In this document: positions 31,357-40,129 of the stretch, piece after piece
How positions within the stretch are numbered: position 1 is the first letter of the stretch
Layout of the letters: each line of letters begins with the position of its first letter
Origin: Nitrospinales bacterium
GTDB lineage: Bacteria > Nitrospinota > Nitrospinia > Nitrospinales > VA-1
Direction: 5' to 3'
Length of the DNA: 64,000 bases
Assembly (NCBI GenBank): GCA_965262115.1
Contig: OZ253496.1
Location: forward strand, 2,208,001-2,272,000
Notes under the pieces: model-generated
What the model was told of the DNA's origin: nothing
The model's input: only the letters and a program-made list of their open reading frames with translations
The model's database searches: none
Translations under genes and position numbers: made by a program

Positions 31357-31617
31357 TTATCTATAGGATTCTCTGCGGTGCAGGACACCGATTATGTCGA
31401 TGATTTTTTCTTCTTGCTGGATGGAATAGAGAATCCGGAAATCGCCGACACGGATTCTCCAGAGGTTCTTTTTACCTTTTAGTTTAATGCAACCTTGGGG
31501 GCGGGGTGTTTTGGCTAGGGACTCAATCTTTGGGAAAATTCTTGCAACAGTGGGGGAATCCAGTTTTTCCAGTTCTTGACGGGCGGATCGGGCAAAGGTG
31601 ATGGAAAAATCACTCAA
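31357..31617 (-). CDS. RelE/ParE family toxin
   Basis: ARQELEKL, PRPQGCIKLKG, WRIRVGDFRILY, HRRESY. Confidence 0.92.
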   Translation of the reverse strand: MSDFSITFARSARQELEKLDSPTVARIFPKIESLAKTPRPQGCIKLKGKKNLWRIRVGDFRILYSIQQEEKIIDIIGVLHRRESYR

Positions 31618-31801
31618 CCAGATTGCCTCCGTTTTTTAGTTTTTCTTTCACCGCTTCCAGGGTTTCACGGGGTTCGTGGGCTCTCTGGTCGGCAATCAGG
31701 CTGTCTTCCAGATCCTCCCAGAGTTGGCCGTGTTGTTTCAGGTCGATAACCACTGCCTTTTTTTTGCCCTTGTCATCGATAATATATTCAATGCCTTCCA
31801 T
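31610..31801 (-). CDS. Cognate antitoxin
   Basis: MEGIEYIIDDKGKKKAVVID...LEDSL; AAGG RBS; overlaps the toxin start. Confidence 0.8.
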   Translation of the reverse strand: MEGIEYIIDDKGKKKAVVIDLKQHGQLWEDLEDSLIADQRAHEPRETLEAVKEKLKNGGNLVE

Positions 31802-31889
31802 CAGCTTTCCTTTCTCTGGACATTTTTGATAGTCCCGATATTTTACATGAGTATTGCTGGATTGAGAAAGAAAAGTTGTAATGACAAAC

Positions 31890-32150
31890 CCCTGAATGTG
31901 AATACCCCTACGGGGCATGAAGTCTAAGGTTAGTCATCACATCACCCCAGCCCTTCTGGTATCTCTTCATTAAGTCTTCATGCCCGGAACGGGTACTTTG
32001 AAAAAGAGGGAACCAACCCGAGATGCTTCGACAGGTTTATCCTCCGAGGGCCTCAGGATGACAAACCAAATTCTGGATCGCCGCACCGCTTTTAGCGGTT
32101 CGCGATGACAAGGCAACCCCCTCAATCCCCCTTGCAGGGGGAGGATTTTA
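31890..32150. repeat. Cluster of palindromic repeat modules shared with the MITE cargo
   Basis: TACCCCTACGGGGCATGAA...CATCAC, TTCATGCCCGGAACGGGTA, CTCAGGATGACAAAC, CCCCCTTGCAGGGGG. Confidence 0.75.
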
Positions 32151-32183
32151 TCTGTGTGAATTCGTGGTTAATTGAGTCCAGCG

Positions 32184-33382
32184 TCACGCTGGCCAGGGGA
32201 GGTACTCCCGCCAGGATTTTTTGGCGGTTAGAATTATGGCAATAGGTTCTTTTTCGTAAACGATGGGGTATTGCCGGAGCGTCACAAGACACCCGTCCGC
32301 CGTTGCTGTGATCTCTTCCCGTCTTTTGCCGCTATAAATGTCGCGGATTTCTCCTATCTTTTGTCCGGCTTGGACGGCGGTTCCCACCTTCACTTCTTTG
32401 AGAAACATTCCTGCTGTGCCGGCAAGAACGGCGACCTCATCCCCAGGTTGATAAAACCGGGGTTTGATATTTTCCTCAGGTTTTATTTTTCTTTTATCTT
32501 TCAGGATTTTCTCGGCAACCATAAAACTCACGATGCCCTGGAACAGGGCTTCGCATTGCTGAACGTTCAGGGTGCGGGGTGAGCCGGCTGACAGGGTGAC
32601 GGTGATGATATCGTGTGCGTACCACTGATGAACAAGCTGACTTTTGAGGTTTCATTTAACTTGCGCACGGTATCGATTTGCAGGTCGCGGGTCAGCTTTT
32701 TGATTCTTCCATCCAGCGTGCCGGTCTGTTGAAGCAGGTTGAGGATGCCGAGAACAATCTGCTCGCAATAATTTTTGTTAATGCGCAGGCAGATTCCGGT
32801 TTCGATGACGAGAGCGGGTATTTTGGCCTGGTTCAGGCTGTAACCGAGAGTGGACTCAAAAATCTCTGCATGGGGATGGACCCAGATCAGATCGACGTTG
32901 CAAAATTTTGCCAGCGGCACGAGTTTTTTTTCAAAATCATTGATGATTCTAATTTGCGGCAGTTCCATCAGATGAAGATTACTGGAATGAATATCCACCG
33001 CCAGACCGGAGTTGGACTTTAAATCTTCCAACAGGATTTTCGATATCTCACTGGGCAAAGAGGGTGTGTTTGCTTGGCCGAAGGTGCGATTGATATCGAC
33101 GGAAAAAAAAGGCCACAGTCGGGTTCCTGTTTCAAGGGCCTGCTGATTGACTGCCGGATAAATGTAGACCTAGCCTTTGAAGGCATTCTGTTCTTCCAGA
33201 TTTTTCAGGGTCTCTATCAGCTGGTGACAGATATAAAGTCCTTCCAGTTCATCGCCGTGCAGGCCGGCAATCAGCGAGACGCGCTTGACCGGCTTTGGTA
33301 AATTGGAGGCAAATGTGTGGCGGATGATTTCCACCGGCGGCCCAACCGGGGTTTCAACGGAGAAGATACATTGGCTTAGCAT
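32184..33382 (-). pseudogene. Succinylglutamate desuccinylase/aspartoacylase (M14-like) chimeric pseudogene
   Basis: AGLHGDELEG, DINRTF, VDIHS; in-frame TAG at 33170-33172; junction near 32715 to a second paralog; frameshift near 32640; biotinyl-like C-terminal domain. Confidence 0.8.
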
Positions 33383-33460
33383 GAGAAAGACCGGTTAATC
33401 TGCTGAATCGTTGCAGGTTTGACATTGGTTTCAACGGAGAAGATACATTGGCTTAGCATG
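33350..33460. repeat. 34-bp perfect direct repeat flanking a 43-bp unique insert
   Basis: GGTTTCAACGGAGAAGATACATTGGCTTAGCATG at 33350-33383 and 33427-33460. Confidence 0.95.
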
Positions 33461-33469
33461 GAAGTGAGA

Positions 33470-34924
33470 TCAGGAGCCGTTGGACTTGTGATTTTTGGGC
33501 GAAATTTTCATGGAGTCAATTTTTCTTTTGAGGGTATTGCGGTTGATGCCCAGAGCCTTGGCGGTGGCGACCTGTTTGCCGGAATATTTGCTTAGAAGAA
33601 TTTCAAAAAGGTATTTTTCAATTTTTTGTACGAGGGTTTCATAAATCGTCCCTTCTTCATGGTTGTTAAGAAGAAAGTCCTTCAGCAACCGGTTCAGGCG
33701 TTCATCCCATTGTCCTTCATCGTCGATGGTGACGTCTTCCTGCAGGTGTGGCGGCAGGTGTTCCGGCAGGATGGGGCCGGAAAAGGCCAGCATCAACGCG
33801 CGTTTGATGACGTTTTCAAGTTCGCGGATGTTGCCGCTCCAGTGATAACCGCCGAGGATGCGTTCGACATCGGGGGAGAGATAGACCTTGCCGCATGAAA
33901 GCGAATCGGCGTATCGGTGGATGAAATGATTGGCCAGCAGGGGTACATCTTCCAGCCGTTCTCTTAACGGTGGCATATCAATATGGATGACGTTGAGGCG
34001 GTGATACAGGTCTTCGCGAAACTGTTTCAGGTCCATCATGTCTGCCAGGTTCTGGTTGGTCGCGGCAATGACCCGGACATTAACGGTGATCGGATTTTTG
34101 CCTCCCACCCGGTAGAATTCATTGTTTTGCAGAACGCGGAGGATTTTGGCTTGCAGGGGCAGTTCCATATCGCCGATTTCATCAAGAAACAGGGTGCCTC
34201 TATCGGCCTGCTGAAATTTCCCGATCTTGGTCTCTATGGCCCCGGTGAAAGCACCGCGCTCGTGACCGAACAGCTCCGACTCCAAAAGTTCGCGCGAGAT
34301 GGCAGCGCAGTTGATGCAAATAAAGGGCTGGTCCTTGCGGTGCGAGTACTGATGGAGCGTACTGGCCACCATTTCCTTACCGGTTCCGCTTTCTCCGGTA
34401 ATCAGTACCGACAAGTCGGAGCCCGCCGACTTACCGATGGTTTTAAAAATTTCCTGCATGCGTTTGCTCTTGCCTATGATCGAGGATATGGCATCTTGCG
34501 CGCCGGCTTCCTGATTCTGGTCGGATAAGTCGGAGGTCGGTGCGGAAACGGACCGGGCAGTTTCCGCCTTGTCGATCAAGCGGAAAATCTCTTCGAAATC
34601 GAACGGCTTGGTGATGTAGTCGTAGGCTCCCAGCCGCATGGCCTCGATGGTGTTGTTCATGGTGTCCTGAGCGGTCATCATCACCACTTTCAAGTCGGGA
34701 GAAACCTTCCGGGTATGTTCGAGAAGTTGCAGTCCGTCGGTATCCTCCATGAATATGTCGGAAAACATCATCAGGTATTGGTTGGCAGCCAGCTTTTTCA
34801 GTGCTTCCTGCCCGGATGAGGCGGTGTGGACGCGATAGTTTTTCTTTTCCAGTCCTTTTTTCAAGACCCAGAGAATGTTTTGCTCGTCATCGACGATGAG
34901 GATTTTATTTTGTTTGTCTGTCAT
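33470..34924 (-). CDS. ntrC: Sigma-54-dependent response regulator (NtrC-like)
   Basis: Receiver domain, GESGTGKE, GAFTGA, LFLDEIGD, Fis-type HTH LGINRNTL. Confidence 0.8.
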   Translation of the reverse strand: MTDKQNKILIVDDEQNILWVLKKGLEKKNYRVHTASSGQEALKKLAANQYLMMFSDIFMEDTDGLQLLEHTRKVSPDLKVVMMTAQDTMNNTIEAMRLGAYDYITKPFDFEEIFRLIDKAETARSVSAPTSDLSDQNQEAGAQDAISSIIGKSKRMQEIFKTIGKSAGSDLSVLITGESGTGKEMVASTLHQYSHRKDQPFICINCAAISRELLESELFGHERGAFTGAIETKIGKFQQADRGTLFLDEIGDMELPLQAKILRVLQNNEFYRVGGKNPITVNVRVIAATNQNLADMMDLKQFREDLYHRLNVIHIDMPPLRERLEDVPLLANHFIHRYADSLSCGKVYLSPDVERILGGYHWSGNIRELENVIKRALMLAFSGPILPEHLPPHLQEDVTIDDEGQWDERLNRLLKDFLLNNHEEGTIYETLVQKIEKYLFEILLSKYSGKQVATAKALGINRNTLKRKIDSMKISPKNHKSNGS

Positions 34925-34936
34925 GTTTCTATCTTA

Positions 34937-36019
34937 TCATCTCTGCCCGCTGGGAAGAAATACTTGCACCGTGGTGCCTAATCCCTTTTCGGAGGTGATT
35001 TTGATTTTTCCATAATGGTCTTTGACGATTTTCAGGGAAATAGGAAGCCCTAAACCGCTGCCCTTTTTTTTCGTGGTGTGAAAGGGGGTGAACAGTTTTT
35101 TCCGGGTTTCCTCATCCATACCTTCTCCTGAGTCGATGATTTCGACCACGATATTTTGTTGTGGGATGGGAGAAGAGGCGGTTTTGACGGCATATCCTGA
35201 ACTGACCCGGGTGATGATCTGGATTCTGCCGCCTTTTCTCGATGCTTCGATGGCATTTTTGATGAGGTTGAGAAACACCTGCTTCAATTGGTCTTCATCG
35301 GCCTCAATGAGGGGTAGGCTGGGATCATAAATTTGCTCAAACCGGCCCTTTTTGCGGGTGAGGCTGTCTTTTTCGAGCACCAGGATTTCTTCCAGAACTT
35401 TATGGATATTGGTGCTTTTCAGTTTCAGGTTGAGAGGTCGGGTCAGGTTCATCATTCTCTTGATCATTCTGTCTATCCGGTCCACTTCGGAAACCACGAT
35501 ATCGAGATATTCCTGATGCGATTTGTTTTTGATTTCCTGGCGCAGAAGCTGGGCCGATCCGCGGATACCCCCTAAAGGGTTGCGAATTTCATGGGCCATG
35601 CCCATTGCGATCTCTCCCAGCTTGTTGAGTTGATCTGCTGGTCTTTGTCGTTCCTCCAGTTCCCGAATCAGGGCCATGTTTTTGACCAGTATGGTCACCC
35701 CCTGAATGGAGTCGTCGGTCTCCAGATAGGGCGACAGGGTCAGATTAGCCGGGAACCGGGAAGAGGGGATGTTGCGCATGCCTTCTGCCTCCACATCGTG
35801 GTAGCAGGCTCCGGTTACCAGAACTTTGCGGACTGTGTCGAGTATACGCGACTGGCGGGGGAACAATTCTTCCAGACTGCGGTGGATGAACGAGTCGCGG
35901 GACCGGTGAAACATGTCCTCGATGGCCAGATTGCTCTCCTGAATGGTCAACGCCGGGGAAATGAGCAGAACCCCGTCTATGATGGAATAAAAAATATTCT
36001 GGTGCAGGCGGTCATTCAT
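34937..36019 (-). CDS. ntrB: PAS sensor histidine kinase (NtrB-like)
   Basis: Cytoplasmic PAS domain, AHEIRNPLGGIRGSAQLL, YDPSLP, GSGLGL. Confidence 0.8.
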   Translation of the reverse strand: MNDRLHQNIFYSIIDGVLLISPALTIQESNLAIEDMFHRSRDSFIHRSLEELFPRQSRILDTVRKVLVTGACYHDVEAEGMRNIPSSRFPANLTLSPYLETDDSIQGVTILVKNMALIRELEERQRPADQLNKLGEIAMGMAHEIRNPLGGIRGSAQLLRQEIKNKSHQEYLDIVVSEVDRIDRMIKRMMNLTRPLNLKLKSTNIHKVLEEILVLEKDSLTRKKGRFEQIYDPSLPLIEADEDQLKQVFLNLIKNAIEASRKGGRIQIITRVSSGYAVKTASSPIPQQNIVVEIIDSGEGMDEETRKKLFTPFHTTKKKGSGLGLPISLKIVKDHYGKIKITSEKGLGTTVQVFLPSGQR

Positions 36020-36034
36020 GGTGCCAGAGCCAAT

Positions 36035-36412
36035 TTATTTAGAGCCTTTGGCCGTTTTGGATTTTCCCCCGGAATAAGGATTTTTGGGCGAGGGCTTTTT
36101 AACCGGGGCCGCAGGTTCAGGGGTTTTGGAGGTTTCCGTAGCAGTCGCGGGTGCCGGGGTTTCGGTATCGGTTTTGCCCTGTTTGCTTTCTTTTTCCCAG
36201 CCCTTCTTGCGTGCTTCGGAAGGGTATTCAGAAGTATACCATCCCGAACCTTTAAGGATAAACCCGGAAGCGGAAACCAGACGGCGGACTTTTCCGTTAT
36301 CTTTATCGTCGCAACCCAAGCCATTGCAGGTCTTTAAAGGTTTGGCGGACATGGCTTGCATGGCCTCAAAGACGGCTCCGCATTTGTCACATTCGTATTC
36401 GTAAATCGGCAT
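36035..36412 (-). CDS. FmdB-family zinc-ribbon protein
   Basis: MPIYEYECDKCG...FILKGSGWY. Confidence 0.9.
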   Translation of the reverse strand: MPIYEYECDKCGAVFEAMQAMSAKPLKTCNGLGCDDKDNGKVRRLVSASGFILKGSGWYTSEYPSEARKKGWEKESKQGKTDTETPAPATATETSKTPEPAAPVKKPSPKNPYSGGKSKTAKGSK

Positions 36413-36493
36413 AACTCAAAATCTCCGGCGTTTGCAGTATAGGGATTGAAAATTATATGATTCAAAAGCGGAAATGGCAGGGTTTTGTTTAGC

Positions 36494-37411
36494 CTATACC
36501 CGGGTGAGCCATTTCTGGAATTTGGGGTGGCCCCCGCGAACCACTTCAAAAAATGTTTTCTGAATCCGGTCGGTGATCGGGCCCTTTTTGCCCAAGCCGA
36601 TAGCGCGGTTGTCGATCTCGCGGACGGGTGTGATCTCGGCGGCGGTTCCGGACAAAAAGACCTCTTCCGCGATATACAGTTCATCACGGGTGATGGTTCT
36701 TTCTTCCAGAGCAATCCCCAGATCGGCACATATTTCAACGACGGAGTCGCGGGTGATCCCATCCAGATTGGAGCAGGACAAACAGGGTGTGTGTAATTTT
36801 CCCTTGGAATAGATGAAAATATTTTCTCCCGATCCTTCTGAAACGTAGCCCGAAGGGTCGAGAAGGATGGCCTCGTCGTAACCGTCGCGAACAGCTTCGG
36901 CTTTGGCCAGGATAGAGTTTATGTAGTAACCGCAGGCTTTGGCTTTGGTCATGGTGACATTGACATGGTGCCGGGTGAAGGAAGACAGGCGGACACGGAT
37001 GCCCTTGTCGAGGCCATCCTCTCCCAGATAGGCGCCCCAGGGCCAGGCGGCGATGGCGCAACGGACATCAACCCCTTTCGGGTTGAGCCCCATTTTGTTA
37101 TCGCCCAGAAATATGATGGGCCGGATATAACATTTCTCCAGTTTATTTTCCCGGACAACGCTGAGGGTCGCGTCAAAAATGTCTTTGTTGGAAAAAGACA
37201 CTTTAATGCCGAGAATGACGGCAGATTGAAACAGCCGGTCGATATGTTCCTGCAGGCGGAAAATGGCCGGTCCGTTATCTTTGGAGTTGTAGCAACGAAT
37301 ACCTTCGAAGACGCCGAATCCGTAATGCAGAGTATGAGTGAGGACATGAACATTGGCTTCGTGCCAAGGGACCATTTTTCCATCAAGCCAGATTTTTTCA
37401 GATTTTTCCAA
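36494..37411 (-). CDS. ilvE: Branched-chain amino acid aminotransferase
   Basis: [36 protein letters not shown]. Confidence 0.95.
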   Translation of the reverse strand: MEKSEKIWLDGKMVPWHEANVHVLTHTLHYGFGVFEGIRCYNSKDNGPAIFRLQEHIDRLFQSAVILGIKVSFSNKDIFDATLSVVRENKLEKCYIRPIIFLGDNKMGLNPKGVDVRCAIAAWPWGAYLGEDGLDKGIRVRLSSFTRHHVNVTMTKAKACGYYINSILAKAEAVRDGYDEAILLDPSGYVSEGSGENIFIYSKGKLHTPCLSCSNLDGITRDSVVEICADLGIALEERTITRDELYIAEEVFLSGTAAEITPVREIDNRAIGLGKKGPITDRIQKTFFEVVRGGHPKFQKWLTRV

Positions 37412-37511
37412 AATTGCCTCTTTTGTGAGCAGGTTTAACAGGTCAGGGATAAAACAGGTTAAAGATAGATATTATTGGGCCTTAGGCATAAAATCAAGCC
37501 AAATAAATGCA

Positions 37512-37540
37512 TTGACATGTTAAAATAGGTTTGTTAATTT
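37512..37540 (+). promoter_or_regulatory. Sigma-70 promoter of the tRNA pair
   Basis: TTGACA, 17-bp spacer, TAATTT preceded by TG. Confidence 0.7.
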
Positions 37541-37567
37541 CTCTCCTTTCGCTTTTTATTTAAGAAT

Positions 37568-37640
37568 GAGCCGCTAGCTCAGTTGGTAGAGCACTTGACT
37601 TTTAATCAAGTGGTCGAAGGTTCGATCCCTTCGCGGCTCA
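37568..37640 (+). tRNA. tRNA-Lys(UUU), CCA not encoded
   Basis: Acceptor GAGCCGC/GCGGCTC, anticodon arm CTTGA-CTTTTAA-TCAAG, GTTCGAT T-loop. Confidence 0.96.
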
Positions 37641-37669
37641 TTTCTTTTTCCCTCATTTTAGAATTGGAA

Positions 37670-37747
37670 GTCCCCATCGTCTAGCCTGGCCCAGGACACC
37701 GGCCTTTCACGCCGGCGACGCGGGTTCGAATCCCGCTGGGGACGCCA
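37670..37747 (+). tRNA. tRNA-Glu(UUC)
   Basis: Acceptor GTCCCCA/TGGGGAC, anticodon arm CCGGC-CTTTCAC-GCCGG, ends in CCA. Confidence 0.96.
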
Positions 37748-37854
37748 GTTTTCCTGTCTCAGAGCTTCCGGTTTGGCTTGATATGCCATCTATGCGCGGG
37801 AAGACCGTAGAAACTTGTTGAAATAGTAATGGGCCATGATCAAATACGGGTACA

Positions 37855-37985
37855 TGATCTTGCTCAGTAAAAGTGGACACGAAGAAATCGATGGATATAA
37901 TTATTTTTGGAGGTGTTTTATTAAAGCAGTCCGTTTAGTGGTAGAGGGAGGCAGGCTGATTTCCGAGGTGGTTCGGGAGCTTTAC
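37855..37985 (+). mobile_element. IS3-family left-end remnant
   Basis: TGATCTTGCTCAGTAAAAGTGGACAC end followed by the OrfA-like fragment KAVRLVVEGGRLISEVVREL. Confidence 0.65.
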
Positions 37986-38225
37986 CAGAAAATGGTCAGG
38001 ATGGGTATCTGGGGCAGCCCCTAATGTTATTCTTGCTCATAGTGGCGTACCTCTTTGGTTGTTTTGGTGTTTTAGTAACAACCAGTCAACCAGATACGCC
38101 GCTTTTTTGCAGCCACCTAAACACCAGATTCAGTTATAACTCACAAAGAGGCGGTCCCCTATGGCAACAGCAATTATTTAATGAGAAACCTCTATGGGCC
38201 AATTAGTGATGTCATTGAAAAAAAA

Positions 38226-39458
38226 TTATAACTCCAATATATCGTTAATAAGTTTTATAATTTTTTCTACTGCATCACCATTGCCAAAAGAATTGGTTAT
38301 AGTTTGAGTTTTCTGCATAGTGGTTATTACATCAGGCAATTCGCTGGGGGAGCCAATCTCTTCTATTCCGTCATAATGCAATATGGGCAAAAAACTCTTT
38401 TCTCCCGTCTGATTTAGCACGATAACTGGTTTACCTGAATTATAAGCACCAACTAATATGGTCGAAGAAAAACCCATAACAATGTCGACCACTTGTAAAT
38501 ATTCTAAAAACTTATGGTTTTCAACAAAACAGGCGTTATTCTGATCGCACCACCGCCTGAAATGATTTTCATCTTGAGAAGAGTGACATTTGACCAAAAG
38601 ACCATAATCTAAATCTTTAAGTTGATTACTTATGTTGTCCAAATTCCTAAAAGTTGTTGTTTCATCTCTTTCAATATGAGTAAAGGCATCACCTGTTAAA
38701 ATCGTCAATTGGTCGTTCCATAAAAGATACTTTTTATTCCCATTAAGATTAAGAGATGCTTTGATTTTTTGTATTTTTAAATCTGTTAATTTTTGCCTTA
38801 AATGAATAAACTTATCAAAATCAGGATTTCCAGTAATATGAATTTTAGATTTTTCTACGCCGTATTTAACGACTAGATTATTTTTGGCCGTATCATCTAC
38901 TACGCAAATATAATCTGCATCAAGTTTATATCTTTCAAAATGGCAAAAAAGATCCGGGATTTGCAAAGTTGGAATGTCTTGCTCCTTTGCCAGTTTAACC
39001 GCTTCTTTTTCAGTTCTGTGAGAGTTTGTTGTAATCAAACAGTCTGTCTTTATTGATTGGAAAATACGTCTAACTAATGTTTTTGGTTCAAATATGGCTC
39101 GACCGGCAAGCTTGTACTCAGTAAGAGCTTTATCAAAGGATTTATATTTTTGTACAAGGTCATAAAATGATAATCCCAGATAGGCAATAGTTTCTTCCTT
39201 ATCCACAAGGCATTTATCTTGATCCATATTCTCAAACAGAAACTCGCCGTATTTGAGTATTTCACTATCCTGTTTATGGATAAAATTCTTCGCTGAAAGA
39301 CACTCAAAACCATTTTTTTTGTACAACTCTATAGCTGTTGTTAAACCGATTACCTTGGTGGTATAACCCAAATCAATAGCTCGTTTTAGTAACGGCATTA
39401 AAATAAAAGCATGTGCGCCACCATAAGAAATAAAAAGTAGCGTTTTACTCCTCCTCAT
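38226..39458 (-). CDS. GT-B-fold glycosyl/ulosonate transferase-like protein
   Basis: SYGGAH, IHITGNPDFD, VKCHS, FSSTILVG..GKPVI. Confidence 0.65.
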   Translation of the reverse strand: MRRSKTLLFISYGGAHAFILMPLLKRAIDLGYTTKVIGLTTAIELYKKNGFECLSAKNFIHKQDSEILKYGEFLFENMDQDKCLVDKEETIAYLGLSFYDLVQKYKSFDKALTEYKLAGRAIFEPKTLVRRIFQSIKTDCLITTNSHRTEKEAVKLAKEQDIPTLQIPDLFCHFERYKLDADYICVVDDTAKNNLVVKYGVEKSKIHITGNPDFDKFIHLRQKLTDLKIQKIKASLNLNGNKKYLLWNDQLTILTGDAFTHIERDETTTFRNLDNISNQLKDLDYGLLVKCHSSQDENHFRRWCDQNNACFVENHKFLEYLQVVDIVMGFSSTILVGAYNSGKPVIVLNQTGEKSFLPILHYDGIEEIGSPSELPDVITTMQKTQTITNSFGNGDAVEKIIKLINDILEL

Positions 39459-40129
39459 ACATAGTGCTGTGCTAAAGCTTGTGCTATTTTGAGTTCTTTG
39501 TTGGTATTAATATCTAAGACTTCTTTAATACCAATTTCAAATAGGAAGGGATTTTTTCCGAAGAAATAGGAGTTTTCCAGCATTTGTTTATGTGGTTGTA
39601 TAAAGATGCCTCCATCTTGAGCATACAACACTGGTAAATCTTTTGCCAATGTGTGAGTTTTGGCATAAGGATTATAATTCAACGGTGTCCTGTCTGCTGT
39701 CCAAAAATGCTCCTGAACCTTATAAACAGACAACAAAGAATCATTTTGCTTGCCATCATATATGCGCTCGAAAATTTCAATCGCTGCATCATAGGTACTA
39801 GTGATAATAAAAGGATTTGTACAATGCGCCCAAATAACAATATCGGTGTCTATTTCTTTAACAAGATTGTGAATCATTTTCTGGGCACTTTGTTCATAAT
39901 GATATTCCTCTTCAATAACAATTTCTGCGCCATATTTTTTTGCCTCCGCTATCACTTTTTGACTTTTTGTGCCAACAACGACTCTATCAATATATCGAGA
40001 ACTCTTAAGCTGGATAGTCTTATGACCCAGAAGGCTTTCTCCAAGCAACAACTGAAAATTTTTATCTTTTATTCTTTTGCTATCATCTTTTGCGGGGATA
40101 ATTGCAACAACTTCTTTATTATTAATCAT
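39455..40129 (-). CDS. Acylneuraminate cytidylyltransferase family (NeuA-like)
   Basis: AIIPAKDDSKRIKDKN, HCTNPF, LDINT. Confidence 0.85.
   Translation of the reverse strand: MINNKEVVAIIPAKDDSKRIKDKNFQLLLGESLLGHKTIQLKSSRYIDRVVVGTKSQKVIAEAKKYGAEIVIEEEYHYEQSAQKMIHNLVKEIDTDIVIWAHCTNPFIITSTYDAAIEIFERIYDGKQNDSLLSVYKVQEHFWTADRTPLNYNPYAKTHTLAKDLPVLYAQDGGIFIQPHKQMLENSYFFGKNPFLFEIGIKEVLDINTNKELKIAQALAQHYV

Noticed and set aside
9850..33172. Stop-codon reassignment or programmed readthrough explaining the in-frame TAG/TAA codons
   Set aside because: TAA and TAG end many intact genes here, the residues expected at the stops differ (Q, S, E), and no suppressor tRNA is visible
33350..33460. Annotating the repeat pair as a true CRISPR array
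   Set aside because: Only two repeats, the repeat is coding sequence, and there is no AT-rich leader or cas gene in the window; kept only as a hypothesis about origin
35591..36762. Long antisense or alternate-frame ORFs (also 51453-51986, 63133-63765 and many others in the track)
   Set aside because: Shadow frames of well-supported genes with no recognisable motifs
37748..38220. Prophage or integrative element at tRNA-Glu
   Set aside because: No integrase, phage genes or duplicated tRNA end found; only an IS3 scar
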